DNA of 64,000 nt from an uncultured Clostridia bacterium (GCA_947597925.1 CANQFA010000008.1:1449-65448), one strand, 5' to 3'. Counted from the stretch's first letter, positions 17,931-27,645 are shown. Program-made: numbers and translations. Notes: generated by a model from the sequence alone, not told the origin.

Positions 17931-17966
17931 AAAAAAAGGCCTGCCCGAGGAAGTCTCCCGAGCAGG
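17931..17966 (-). terminator. rplS terminator
   Basis: Imperfect GC hairpin cctgctcggga...tcctcgggcagg followed by a T-run on the minus strand. Confidence 0.55.
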
Positions 17967-17983
17967 TCTCTTTTTGTGGTTCG

Positions 17984-18325
17984 TTACTTCTTTTCCTTGA
18001 TCTTTGCCGCTTTGCCCGTAAGTCCGCGCAGATAGTAGAGCTTGGCTCTGCGGACCTTACCCGCTCTCACGACCGTGACATACGCGATCTTGGGAGAATG
18101 GATGGGGAAGCAGCGCTCGACACCGACGCCGAACGAAAGGCGGCGGACGGTGAAGCTCTCGCGGATCCCACCGTGCTTTTTCGCGATGACTACGCCCTCG
18201 AAGTTCTGGATCCTCTCCTTGCCTCCTTCGATGATGCGGTAGCCCACTTTCACGGTGTCGCCGACATTGAAAGAGGGGATCTCTTTCTTCATGTTTTCGG
18301 CTTCGATCGTCTCGATGAGTCCCAT
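17984..18325 (-). CDS. rplS: 50S ribosomal protein L19
   Basis: 113 aa, ...[35 protein letters not shown]... Confidence 0.95.
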   Translation of the reverse strand: MGLIETIEAENMKKEIPSFNVGDTVKVGYRIIEGGKERIQNFEGVVIAKKHGGIRESFTVRRLSFGVGVERCFPIHSPKIAYVTVVRAGKVRRAKLYYLRGLTGKAAKIKEKK

Positions 18326-18405
18326 AACGACTTTACCTCCATTTTACGCGACGTTCATGCTCAAACCATATGCGGCGGCAGAGGACCGTCCGAAGTCAAT
18401 TTAAG

Positions 18406-18434
18406 ATTATAAAGCATTCCGCGGCAAAAAGCAA
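18406..18434 (-). promoter_or_regulatory. Putative sigma-A promoter of rplS (TTGCTT-17-TATAAT), giving a 5' UTR of about 70 nt
   Basis: Read on the minus strand, the -35 is the rc of 18429-18434 and the -10 is the rc of 18406-18411. The UTR could hold an L19 autoregulatory leader; this was not verified. Confidence 0.4.
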
Positions 18435-18513
18435 GCGTTTTCTGCCCCTTTCGGAAAATTTTTCGCAGAAGGCCGAAAAATGGCATATTTCCTCGGCGCT
18501 CCCTCGAGGGGAA

Positions 18514-18546
18514 AGCAAGAAAACCTCCCCGAAGGGATCCCTCGGG
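18514..18546 (-). terminator. Terminator after the esterase gene
   Basis: Hairpin cctccccgaagggatccctcggggagg, followed on the minus strand by TTTTCTT. Confidence 0.6.
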
Positions 18547-18566
18547 GAGGCGCTTTCTGTCAGAGC

Positions 18567-20864
18567 TTAGCCCTGTACGCGGGAGGAGTTGTCGACGGGG
18601 ACATAGGAGAGGGTCGCGGTCGTCTCGATCACGATCTTATCCATGTTGATGCCCGAACCGTTGGCTGTGTCCGTCGAGAAGACGAGCGTATTTGCGCCGG
18701 CGTTCAGGTGCACCGTCACGGTACCCGTGCCGAGGTGCCTGTAGCACTGAGCATCCTGGAAGGAAGCATTGTCCGTCCCGGGAAGGGTGCCCGTAAAGGT
18801 CTTGGCCTCGCCGTTTACGGTGAACTTGAAGTACTCGCCCTTGCTCAGGTCGACTGCAGACATCTTCATGCCCGTGGAAGTATCCCAATCCATCTGGGAC
18901 ATATCCATGACGGCGGAAGCCGCATGCAGGGTGATGGTCACGTCGCATGCCACGCTCGCGGTGATCGTGAAGGTCGCAGAGGCGCCGCTGTGGAAGTAGC
19001 CGATGTTGGTGTAGGTCGCGCCGCCGCCGTATGCGGGACCGCTCTCCACCGTGATGGGGCTCTGAGGATTGCCGTCGACGAGGACTGCATTCTCGAACTC
19101 AAAGGTCTTGGTCTCGACAGGGGTCCCGGAAGGAGTCTCTGCGGGCTTGTAGGGATCGGGAAGTTCGGGATCGGTGCCCGTGGTGGTGTGGTTCTCACCC
19201 TTCTTCTGAGAGGCGATCCATTCCCACATATTGGACTCTTTCACGCAGTTCGTCGGCTTGAGCTCGGCGACATTGGTGAGCTTGCTGTTGGGGAATTCCT
19301 TCGTGACCTGATCGTTGAAGGCATAGATCCAGGACCAGTGTCCCATGTAGGAAGCTGTGGGATCGTCGGGACCCTTGACGTTTGCGGTGAGGGTCATGTG
19401 CGTATTCGCGGCCTCCGCCTGAAGGAGACGCCAGAAGGTGGGGAATTCGCAGCTGTCGGGCTGGACGGTGGTGTCATCTGCGGAGAGAAGGAACCAGATG
19501 TTGTAGTTCTTCACCGCGTTTATCATGTCGTCGGAGATACGGCTGTCCATGTAGGCTTCGCAGATGGGATAGTATGCCGCGAAGTAGTCGCCGTGCTCAA
19601 ACATCATGTTCATGGTCATGTAGCCGCCGTTGGAGCATCCGCCGAGGTAGATGCGGTCGGTGTCGACGTCTGCATTGCTCTCCACATAGGAGGTGATGGC
19701 CTTCCAGAGAGCCGCGGTGTAGCAGGACTCCTGCTTGCCCGTGCCGTTGCCGTTGTTATAGTTGCCGCTGCCGTCGTCCATCCACATGGTGGGCGTCTGC
19801 ACTGCGAGCACATAGGCGCCTGCGAGGCCGTCCTTTGCAAAGTAGTGCTGGACATTGATGTCGTTCTCGGTGGTGAGACCGGACACTTCGTTGCCGAGGA
19901 GGGCGATATCGATATCGGTGCCGCCTTCGCCCGCGCCGTGCAGCCAGATGACGAGGGGATTCTTGCCCTTATCGGTGGCGGCGCCTTCGGGAGCCCAGCT
20001 CGCCCGCGTGAGGGTATAGTCGCCCTCGGTCACGGTGTCCTTCTTCCAGGATGCGGTCTGAGGGATGATGCGGTCTGCATCGGACACATCGATCTTGAGC
20101 TTCTCGCCCGCGGTATAGGTGGTGTTGCCGGCCTTGAAGCTCTTGCCCTCTTTGACCTGCAGATAGACATCGGGAGCAGCGACCCAGCTGTTCTTGCCCG
20201 ACTGGAAGTCGTAGTTGAAGGGGCTCGCTTCGCCGTTCTTCGCCGAGAACTCCACGGTGAGGAAGTTGGTGGCACTGTCGAGCTCGTTGCCCATTTCGTC
20301 GCTCGCATAGACCTTGGTCACCGTGCGCTCACTCTCGGTGGGGTTATAGGTGATGTTCGGATAGGTCGACCAATCTGCCACCATCAGCTCGAGGGCGACA
20401 TAGAAGGTGTCGTTTGCATAGCCCGAGACGGGGCCGTCGAATTCGAAGACGACCTTGTTGTAGGCGGGACCCCATTCGTAGCCCCACACCACGGGATGCG
20501 CCTTCTTCACGGCGAGCACGTCCGTCGTGACGGGTTCATCGGGCTTGTCGGGGTTATCCGGATTGTCGGGATTGTCCGGATTGTCCGGATTGTCCGGATT
20601 ATCCGGCTTGTCGGGGTCGTCGGGCTGCTTCTCTGCTTCGTAGTCGCAGATCTTGCACTTGCCGTCCTCCATCTCGTGGTTGGCGGGGGAGCCCTTCTCC
20701 TCCTCGTGTTCGCAGGTCGCGGGATGCCAATGCTGGGTAGCATCATACTCCCACTTCGTCTCGTCGAAGGTGTGGACGTGGTCCTTCGTGCATGCCGCAA
20801 AGGCAAACGATGCACTGAGGAGCGCGAAGCCCGCAACGACGGAACAGATCAGTTGCTTTTTCAT
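18567..20864 (-). CDS. Secreted lipoprotein: (PDN)n linker, alpha/beta-hydrolase (esterase) domain and a C-terminal carbohydrate-binding-module-like domain
   Basis: Lipobox LLSASFAFAAC. PDDPDKPDNPDNPDNPDNPDNPDNPDKPDEP linker. VIWLHGAGEGG and GGCSNGG (GxSxG) motifs. The C-terminal beta-rich segment FEFENAVLVDG...INMDKIVIE looks like CBM6/35. Confidence 0.7.
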   Translation of the reverse strand: MKKQLICSVVAGFALLSASFAFAACTKDHVHTFDETKWEYDATQHWHPATCEHEEEKGSPANHEMEDGKCKICDYEAEKQPDDPDKPDNPDNPDNPDNPDNPDNPDKPDEPVTTDVLAVKKAHPVVWGYEWGPAYNKVVFEFDGPVSGYANDTFYVALELMVADWSTYPNITYNPTESERTVTKVYASDEMGNELDSATNFLTVEFSAKNGEASPFNYDFQSGKNSWVAAPDVYLQVKEGKSFKAGNTTYTAGEKLKIDVSDADRIIPQTASWKKDTVTEGDYTLTRASWAPEGAATDKGKNPLVIWLHGAGEGGTDIDIALLGNEVSGLTTENDINVQHYFAKDGLAGAYVLAVQTPTMWMDDGSGNYNNGNGTGKQESCYTAALWKAITSYVESNADVDTDRIYLGGCSNGGYMTMNMMFEHGDYFAAYYPICEAYMDSRISDDMINAVKNYNIWFLLSADDTTVQPDSCEFPTFWRLLQAEAANTHMTLTANVKGPDDPTASYMGHWSWIYAFNDQVTKEFPNSKLTNVAELKPTNCVKESNMWEWIASQKKGENHTTTGTDPELPDPYKPAETPSGTPVETKTFEFENAVLVDGNPQSPITVESGPAYGGGATYTNIGYFHSGASATFTITASVACDVTITLHAASAVMDMSQMDWDTSTGMKMSAVDLSKGEYFKFTVNGEAKTFTGTLPGTDNASFQDAQCYRHLGTGTVTVHLNAGANTLVFSTDTANGSGINMDKIVIETTATLSYVPVDNSSRVQG

Positions 20865-20987
20865 CTCTTTCCTCCTATATAGGTTTGTGGCTAAAGCATA
20901 TCACCTTCTGTCGGAGGATGCAAGATGCCTTGCAAAAATGGCCTTCTTTTGGGCACATTTTACATCTTTTGAGCGAGATTTCCGTCT

Positions 20988-22202
20988 CTATTCCGCTCTG
21001 CTGTGCGAAATGCGCTCGACGATGCCCTGCACGCAGGCATAGGAGTCGCGGCGGATGCGCGTGCGGGAGAGGAGGACGTCTCCCTCATAGACGAGGAGGC
21101 GGCTCTCGCTCGCGATGCCCTCGTGCGGGGCGCGCAGGACGCGGTCCTCCGTCCCCTCTATCACCTGTTCGGGGGGCGGCGCCATGCGGAGGAGGACCTC
21201 CGTCTCCACCTCGTACCGCCTGCCGTCGGGGAGACCGTAGAGGGAGACAGTCACCCTTCCTCCCCCCGCCTCGGCGTAGAGATAGACGGGCACGGGGTAG
21301 GGATTGGAGATCTTCAGGTCGCTCGAGGAGGACACCATGGCATCCTGCGAGGGCGGGACATAGCCCACCGAGAGGGAATGGGCATGGCTCTCCTCTATGA
21401 TAAGCCCCGCCCTGAGCGCCGCACCGAAGAGGGTACTGCTCACCTGACAGACGCCGCCGCCCACGCCCGTCTCATATCTCCCCTGCACGATGACGGGCGC
21501 CTCGCAAAAGCCGCGCTCCCGCGTGCGCTCCCCCACCCGCTCATTGAAAGAGAGCACCTCGCAGCTCCCCAGCACGGCACCCGAGAGATACTCGGCGGCA
21601 AGGGAGATATTTTTGCTCCGCCCCTCCTTGCTCTCGTCGTACTGCGTCGAGAAGGCGGCAAGGAGGCGGGTGCGCGCGCGGAGGTCCTCCTCGGTGACGG
21701 CGGGAGAGGTCCTGCGGAGGGGGAGCTCCACCTCGGTCTCCCCCGTCCTCAGCGCCTCTGTGACCCGCTCTATGAGGACATGGTAGTCACATGCGGTGCC
21801 ATACGCGCCCGAAGTATAGGAAAATTTGCCGTTCTCGAAGGAAAGTTCGGCATTCTTCGGCTCTTTGACGTAATTGCGGCATACCATGTCCAAGGAGTCC
21901 TCCATCGTGACCCACATTCTCCGCACCGTCGAGGTGTACCTTCCCCCCACCCGCGCGTCCCTCAGAATGCGGGAGATGTCGTCCGCATAGTCGATGGGAC
22001 AGGGGTAGACCGCCTCCCCCGCACGAAGGAGGAGGGGAAGGCGGGGAAGACGGGAACGGAGGAGCTCCTCCGCCGCATGATAGGGCATGCCGCCCACCTC
22101 CACGCCGTCCACGGTGACCCCCTTTCTCACCTTGCCGTCGTGGCATCCCAAAAAGAAAAAACTCCCCGCGAGGAGGAGCACTGCCGTTTTCGCCTGTCTC
22201 AT
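20988..22202 (-). CDS. VanW family protein
   Basis: GGGVCQVSSTLFGAALRAGLIIEESHAHS VanW core. Start set at the ATG at 22202 (MRQAKTAVLLLAGSFFF signal-like), which overlaps the upstream stop (ATGA). Confidence 0.8.
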   Translation of the reverse strand: MRQAKTAVLLLAGSFFFLGCHDGKVRKGVTVDGVEVGGMPYHAAEELLRSRLPRLPLLLRAGEAVYPCPIDYADDISRILRDARVGGRYTSTVRRMWVTMEDSLDMVCRNYVKEPKNAELSFENGKFSYTSGAYGTACDYHVLIERVTEALRTGETEVELPLRRTSPAVTEEDLRARTRLLAAFSTQYDESKEGRSKNISLAAEYLSGAVLGSCEVLSFNERVGERTRERGFCEAPVIVQGRYETGVGGGVCQVSSTLFGAALRAGLIIEESHAHSLSVGYVPPSQDAMVSSSSDLKISNPYPVPVYLYAEAGGGRVTVSLYGLPDGRRYEVETEVLLRMAPPPEQVIEGTEDRVLRAPHEGIASESRLLVYEGDVLLSRTRIRRDSYACVQGIVERISHSRAE

Positions 22203-23107
22203 ACGCTCCCTTTTGTCGAGAGGAGCCTTTCGCACGTCCCTTCGTCGGGCTCGAAGTCGGGCTTTCCGATGAAATTGCGCCCGTTCTCCGCGTGGAAGTC
22301 CGACCCGCCCGTGATCATGAGCCCGTGCGACGCCGCATAGTCCGCAAGCCACTCCGTCTCGCTTGCAGTATGGGTAGGATAGTGACATTCTATGCCGTCG
22401 AGCCCGCGCGGAAGGAGCCGCTCGAGGAGGAGGGGCATGCGCGAGAAGGAGAGACGGAAAAATTCCTCCTTCCCCTCTTCGTCCGCGGCGCGGAAGAGGC
22501 GGGTCTCCTCGTCGCTCCAGAGGAAGATGCGCCCGGGATGGGCGAGCACGGCCACGCCGCCTGTCGCATGGATGACCTCTATGGCGTCCTCGGGCGTGGG
22601 ACGGCAGAGTTCGGAAAAGACGGGCCCGCCGCGCTGGAAAACTTCGCGAGAGAGCTCATCGAGCCGCCGCCCCAGTCTCTTCGCACACGCCTTGATGACA
22701 TAGAGGTCGTGCAGTGGGGTATCCTTTCGGACATGGTACGCCTCGACGTCGTCCATCGTGAGGTCGATGCCGAAGTAGTCATTTGCCTTGCGGAGGAGGT
22801 CCGAGACGCGCACTTTGCCCGCCTCCACGCGTTTTTTATGGAAGGCGCGGTAGGCATCGTTTATCTCGCATCCGTAGCCGAGCACGTGGACCTTGACTTC
22901 CCCCCGGAAGGAGGAGATCTCCCATCCGTGCACGAAGCGAAGGCCGAGCGCGCGGGCGGCCTCTTCCCCCTCCCCGCAGCCGAGGAGATTGTCGTGATCG
23001 GTGATCGCAAAGAGCTCCACGCCCTCCCTCTTTACGAGCGAGGCGAGCTCCGCGGGCGAATATTTGCCGTCCGAAAAGACGGAATGCAGATGCAGGTCGG
23101 CCCTCAT
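22199..23107 (-). CDS. PHP-domain metal-dependent phosphoesterase
   Basis: MRADLHLHSVFSDGKYSP...ITDHDN motifs. Start at 23107 overlaps the recF stop (ATGA). Confidence 0.8.
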   Translation of the reverse strand: MRADLHLHSVFSDGKYSPAELASLVKREGVELFAITDHDNLLGCGEGEEAARALGLRFVHGWEISSFRGEVKVHVLGYGCEINDAYRAFHKKRVEAGKVRVSDLLRKANDYFGIDLTMDDVEAYHVRKDTPLHDLYVIKACAKRLGRRLDELSREVFQRGGPVFSELCRPTPEDAIEVIHATGGVAVLAHPGRIFLWSDEETRLFRAADEEGKEEFFRLSFSRMPLLLERLLPRGLDGIECHYPTHTASETEWLADYAASHGLMITGGSDFHAENGRNFIGKPDFEPDEGTCERLLSTKGSV

Positions 23108-24201
23108 ACCCCCGTTCCCCGCACGATCTTTCCGCCCTGAATGCGGATCTTCTTCCCCTCCGCGCCGCTGAGCACCCGCTCGGCATGCGTACAGGTGAGG
23201 ATGCACTGCACCCCCGCTACATGCCCGAGGAGCTTCTTCCTGCGCGGTAGGTCGAGTTCGCTCAGGACATCGTCCAAGACGAGGACGGGCGGCTCTCCCG
23301 AGAGCTTGCGGAAGATCTCCACCTCGGCGAGCTTCATGGAGAGCGCCGCCGTGCGTGCCTGCCCCTGCGAGGCATAGCCGCGCGCATCCGTCCCGTCGAT
23401 GGTGATGCGAATATCGTCCCTGTGCGGCCCCACCGAAGTGAACCCGAGGCGGATATCCCGCTCACGGCTTCCTTTCAGTTCCTTGAGAAGCCTCTCCGCG
23501 ACCTCCCCTTCCTCCCCGCGGTATTCCCTGTCGGGGGAGAGGAGGAGATGCTCGGCGCCGTCGGTGAGCTCGGCGTGGATGTCCGCCGCGAGCACGGAGA
23601 GACTGCTCAAAAATTCCCTCCTCCGCACGGCAATGCGCGCCGCATACTGCGCGAGCTGTTCGTCCCACACGGGGAGGGTCTCGGCGATGAGGGAGACGTC
23701 GTGCTCCTTCAGGAGGTTATTTCTCTGATCGAGGATGCGGCGATAGCGGACGAGGGCGGTACAGTAGTCGCGGGAGGTCTGCGAGATGGAGAGGTTGAGA
23801 AATCTCCTCCGCTCCTCGGGGCCGTCCTGAATGAGCCGAAGTTCGCCCGGGGAAAAGAAGACGCTGCGCATATTGCCCAAAAAGTCGACGGAGCGGGAGA
23901 GCTTGTTGCCGTTGACATAGAGCTCCCGCTTCGTCTCGAAGATGACGGCGGCGAGGGAGACCTTTCCGTAGCGCCCCTCCGTCTCGGCGGAGATGCGGGC
24001 AAATTCGGCGCCGCTGCGGATGAGCTGGCGGTCGTGGCGGATGCGGAGCGGGGCGCCCGTGCAGAGGTAAAAGACGGCCTCCGCGCAGTTGGTCTTGCCC
24101 TGTGCGTTTTTGCCCGTGAGGATATTGAGCCCCTCCGAAAACTCGAAGGTCTCGTGCTCGTAGTTTCTGAAATTTTCAAGTGTCAACTTTTTTACGACCA
24201 C
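23104..24201 (-). CDS. recF: DNA replication and repair protein RecF
   Basis: (V)VVKKLTLENFRNYEHETFEFSEGLNILTGKNAQGKTN Walker A, plus LDDVLSELD. GTG start. Confidence 0.93.
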   Translation of the reverse strand: MVVKKLTLENFRNYEHETFEFSEGLNILTGKNAQGKTNCAEAVFYLCTGAPLRIRHDRQLIRSGAEFARISAETEGRYGKVSLAAVIFETKRELYVNGNKLSRSVDFLGNMRSVFFSPGELRLIQDGPEERRRFLNLSISQTSRDYCTALVRYRRILDQRNNLLKEHDVSLIAETLPVWDEQLAQYAARIAVRRREFLSSLSVLAADIHAELTDGAEHLLLSPDREYRGEEGEVAERLLKELKGSRERDIRLGFTSVGPHRDDIRITIDGTDARGYASQGQARTAALSMKLAEVEIFRKLSGEPPVLVLDDVLSELDLPRRKKLLGHVAGVQCILTCTHAERVLSGAEGKKIRIQGGKIVRGTGV

Positions 24202-24319
24202 GGCGCAAAATCACTTTCCTTTCCGACGAAAAAGTATTATAATAGAGTAGGCGGGAGCTTCCCTCCCGTCTCTATTATAGCAAATTCCGAAAAAAAGCGA
24301 AAGCGTTTGAGAGGGGAAA

Positions 24320-25663
24320 ATGACCGAAAAAGCGCAATTTGAAGTACTGTGGGAAAAAATTCTCGAGCGGCTCGAAAAGCTTGTATCTCAGCTCACCTAC
24401 GCGACCTTTTTCAAAGACCGTCTCGAAGCGATCGACATCATCAATAAGAAGATCGTCCTGCGCGCCGCCTCCGACAACGTGGCGGATATCGTCACGCGCA
24501 ATGCAGATAAGCTCAGGAAGGCCATTGCCACCGCCGATGTGGGGCTCACGGGCTTTCTCGTCTATGTGGAAAACAGCGCGGCCTATCCCCTCGAGGAGAC
24601 GCCCGACGCCACGACGGATGCCGTCCCGCTCGACAAGCGCTTTACCTTCGATTCCTTCGTGGTGGGAAATTCCAACCGCTTCGTCTATGAGGCGGCGAAG
24701 TCCGTCGCAAAGGCGCCCGGGGACAACTTTAACCCCCTCTATATCTACGGCGGGACGGGGCTCGGCAAGACCCACCTCCTGCAGGCCATCGCAAATGCCA
24801 TCCACGAGAGCTACCCCGACCTTCGCGTGCTCTACACGACGAGTGAGAAGTTTCTGAATGAATATGTGGACAGCATGTACGCGAGAAAAGGCGAGGGACG
24901 GGAGGCAGATGCCCGCTTCCGCGGACGGTACCGCAATGTCGACGTGCTGCTCATCGACGATATCCAGTTCTGGGCGGGCAAGTTCGGCGTGCAAGAGGCC
25001 TTTTTCCATACCTTCAATGAGCTCTTCGCGCAGAACAAGCAGATCGTCATCACCTCGGACTGCCCCGCAAAGGAGCTCACCACCCTCGAGGAGCGGCTCA
25101 GGACCCGCTTCGAGGGCGGCCTCATCGCCGATATCCAGCCGCCCGACGACGAGACGAAGATCGCCATCCTGAAGCAAAAGGCGCTCGAGAAGCGCTGCCT
25201 CGTGCCCGACGACGTGCTCGCCTTCCTCATCAAAAATTCGGACAACAACGTGCGCACCCTCGAGGGCAGGCTCAATAACGTCATCTTCGCCAGCAAACTG
25301 CACGAGGAGCCCATCTCGCTCGAGCTTGCCGCGACGGCCCTGCAGGAGTCCATCAACGATTCCGAACCCGAAGAGGTCACGCCCGATGCCATCATCCGCG
25401 CCACCTGCGCCCACTACGACATCAAGCGGGAGGACCTGCTCAGCAAAAATAAGAAGCAGGAACTCGTGCGCGCGCGGCAGATCTGCGCCTACCTCATGTG
25501 GGATATGCTCTCCCTTCCCCTCGTCAACATCGGAAAGGAGATGGGTGGCATGCACTACTCCACCATCATCTATGCGCGCGACAAGATAAAGGAGATGCTC
25601 CCCCTGAACGGCAGGATAGCGAAGGACGTGAGCGACATCCGCAGCATCGTCTTAAAGCAGTAA
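24320..25663 (+). CDS. dnaA: Chromosomal replication initiator protein DnaA
   Basis: 447 aa. NPLYIYGGTGLGKTHLLQAI AAA+ motif. The C-terminal DNA-binding domain is ...ARQICAYLMWDML..SLPLVNIGKEMGGMHYSTIIYA. Confidence 0.96.
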   Translation: MTEKAQFEVLWEKILERLEKLVSQLTYATFFKDRLEAIDIINKKIVLRAASDNVADIVTRNADKLRKAIATADVGLTGFLVYVENSAAYPLEETPDATTDAVPLDKRFTFDSFVVGNSNRFVYEAAKSVAKAPGDNFNPLYIYGGTGLGKTHLLQAIANAIHESYPDLRVLYTTSEKFLNEYVDSMYARKGEGREADARFRGRYRNVDVLLIDDIQFWAGKFGVQEAFFHTFNELFAQNKQIVITSDCPAKELTTLEERLRTRFEGGLIADIQPPDDETKIAILKQKALEKRCLVPDDVLAFLIKNSDNNVRTLEGRLNNVIFASKLHEEPISLELAATALQESINDSEPEEVTPDAIIRATCAHYDIKREDLLSKNKKQELVRARQICAYLMWDMLSLPLVNIGKEMGGMHYSTIIYARDKIKEMLPLNGRIAKDVSDIRSIVLKQ

Positions 25664-25686
25664 ATCTTACCCCATATTATCATTTC

Positions 25687-25718
25687 ATGCGCCCGCCCCT
25701 TTCGGTCGGGCGCATTTC
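25687..25718 (+). terminator. Putative dnaA terminator
   Basis: Hairpin atgcgcccg-N11-cgggcgcat followed by a short TTT tail. Confidence 0.45.
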
Positions 25719-25728
25719 GGAGAACTGA

Positions 25729-27585
25729 ATGCAGACTTTTTCGGAAGGAAGATGTGACGCCGTGGTGATCGGCGCGGGACACGCGGGTGCGGAAGCGGCG
25801 CTCGCACTCGCCCGCACGGGACTCGACGTCATCATGCTCACCCTCAACCTCGACAGCATCGGCTTTATGCCCTGTAACCCCTCCGTCGGCGGTACGGCAA
25901 AGGGGCATCTCGTGCGTGAGATCGATGCCTTGGGCGGGGAGATGGGAATCCTTGCCGACCGCTGTGCCCTCCAGTACCGCATGCTCAACGAGGGAAAGGG
26001 CGCCGCCGTGCAGTCCCTCCGCGCGCAAGTGGACAAGAACCGCTATCATACCGAGATGAAGCGGGTGCTCGAGCACACCCCTCACCTTCGCATCCTGCAG
26101 GGCGAGGCCGCGAAGATCGTGACCGAAGGGGGACATGTGACAGGCGTCCTCACCGCATACGGCGGGAAGATAGATTGCCGCGCCGCCGTGGTCTGTACGG
26201 GAGTCTATCTCGGCGCATGCACCATTACGGGCACCCATGTCCGCGAGGCGGGTCCAAACGGCTTTGCGCGGGCGACCCTCCTCACCCAAGATCTCATGGC
26301 GCTCGGCCACCGCGTGCGCAGATTCAAGACAGGCACCCCCGCCCGCCTCGACGGCCGCACGGTGGACTTCTCCGTCCTCACGCCGCAGCCCGGGGAGGAG
26401 ACCTATCCCTTCTCCTTCCTCTCGGAAGATGCCCCCGCCGCGCAGACGCCCTGCTATCTCGCCTACACGAACGCCGAGACCCACCGCATCATTCTCGAAA
26501 ATCTCGACCGTGCCCCCCTCTATAACGGCCGGATCTCCTCGGTGGGACCCCGCTATTGCCCCTCCATCGAGACCAAAGTGGTGCGCTTTTCGGACAAGGA
26601 GCGCCATCAGCTCTTTTTGGAGCCCGAGGGCGCCGACACGACGGAGATCTATGTACAGGGGCTCTCCACCTCCCTCCCCCACGACCTGCAGAAGGAAGTC
26701 TATCGCTCGGTAAAGGGGCTCGAAAGATGCGAGATCGTGCGCTATGCCTATGCGATCGAGTATGACTGCATCGACAGCCTCGAGCTCACGCCTACTCTCG
26801 AGAGCAAAAAGGTCGGGGGACTCTATTTCGCGGGACAGATCAATGGCACGAGCGGCTACGAGGAGGCCGCGGCACAGGGCCTTCTTGCGGGGCTCAATGC
26901 CTCCCTCGCCCTCCGCGGTAAGCCGCCCCTCGTCCTTAGGCGGGACCAAGCGTATATCGGCGTGCTCATCGACGACCTCGTGACAAAGGGCACCGAGGAG
27001 CCCTACCGCATGATGACCTCGCGCGCGGAATTTCGCCTCATCCTGCGGCAGGACAATGCCGACGAGCGGCTCACGGAAATCGGGCGCGAAGCGGGGCTCG
27101 TGACCGATGCACGCTATGCGCGCTTTTTGGAGCGAATGGCGCAAAAGAAGCATACCATGTCCGAACTCGAGCGCCGCGCCCCGCAAAAGGAGGCCAATGA
27201 ACTCGTGCAAAAACTCGGGCAGCCGCCCCTCGGCGCAGGCGTCACTTACAGCGATCTCCTCCGCCGCGGCGTGCGCATAGAGGACCTTGCCGCCTTTTCC
27301 ATCCTCACGGACATCCCGCGCGATATCCTGAAGAGCTGTGAGACGGAGATCCGCTATGCGGGCTACCTGAAGCGGATGGAGGAAGAGATCGCCCGCGCGA
27401 AGAAGATGGAGGAGGCCCCCCTGCCGCCCGACCTCGACTACGGCTCGATCGCGGGACTGAGGCTGGAGGCGCGCGAAAAGCTCAATGCCGTCCGCCCCGC
27501 AAACCTCGGACAGGCAGAGCGCATCTCGGGCGTCTCGCCCGCGGACATCGCCGTCCTCATGATCTACCTGAGCATGAAAAAGTGA
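25729..27585 (+). CDS. mnmG: tRNA uridine 5-carboxymethylaminomethyl modification enzyme MnmG (GidA)
   Basis: 618 aa, VVIGAGHAGAEAALALAR FAD motif, GidA-like throughout. Confidence 0.95.
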   Translation: MQTFSEGRCDAVVIGAGHAGAEAALALARTGLDVIMLTLNLDSIGFMPCNPSVGGTAKGHLVREIDALGGEMGILADRCALQYRMLNEGKGAAVQSLRAQVDKNRYHTEMKRVLEHTPHLRILQGEAAKIVTEGGHVTGVLTAYGGKIDCRAAVVCTGVYLGACTITGTHVREAGPNGFARATLLTQDLMALGHRVRRFKTGTPARLDGRTVDFSVLTPQPGEETYPFSFLSEDAPAAQTPCYLAYTNAETHRIILENLDRAPLYNGRISSVGPRYCPSIETKVVRFSDKERHQLFLEPEGADTTEIYVQGLSTSLPHDLQKEVYRSVKGLERCEIVRYAYAIEYDCIDSLELTPTLESKKVGGLYFAGQINGTSGYEEAAAQGLLAGLNASLALRGKPPLVLRRDQAYIGVLIDDLVTKGTEEPYRMMTSRAEFRLILRQDNADERLTEIGREAGLVTDARYARFLERMAQKKHTMSELERRAPQKEANELVQKLGQPPLGAGVTYSDLLRRGVRIEDLAAFSILTDIPRDILKSCETEIRYAGYLKRMEEEIARAKKMEEAPLPPDLDYGSIAGLRLEAREKLNAVRPANLGQAERISGVSPADIAVLMIYLSMKK

Positions 27586-27599
27586 CATCAAAGGACAAA

Positions 27600-27634
27600 G
27601 TGCCGCCCGCGGGGATCCGCGGGCGGCACTTTTG
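27600..27634. terminator. Bidirectional terminator between mnmG and the hydrolase gene
   Basis: 13-bp GC stem gtgccgcccgcgg-ggat-ccgcgggcggcac followed by TTTTG. Confidence 0.75.
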
Positions 27635-27645
27635 TAGCGCTCTCC

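Noticed and set aside
18480-20882. 800-aa plus-strand ORF
   Set aside because: It is antisense to the lipoprotein esterase gene. It has G/V/R/H-rich low-complexity composition, no SD and no recognisable motifs. The minus strand has a lipobox, a GxSxG motif and a CBM-like domain. This is a typical high-GC shadow ORF.
24202-24319. oriC / DnaA-box cluster next to dnaA
   Set aside because: I found no 9-mer close to TTATCCACA or its complement by eye here, in 25664-25728, or in the AT-rich 46143-46349 region (which has only TTTTTGTGAA x2). A formal PWM scan is needed.
24275-27591. 426-aa and 673-aa minus-strand ORFs (24275-25555 and 25570-27591)
   Set aside because: They lie antisense to dnaA and mnmG, which are unambiguous on the plus strand.
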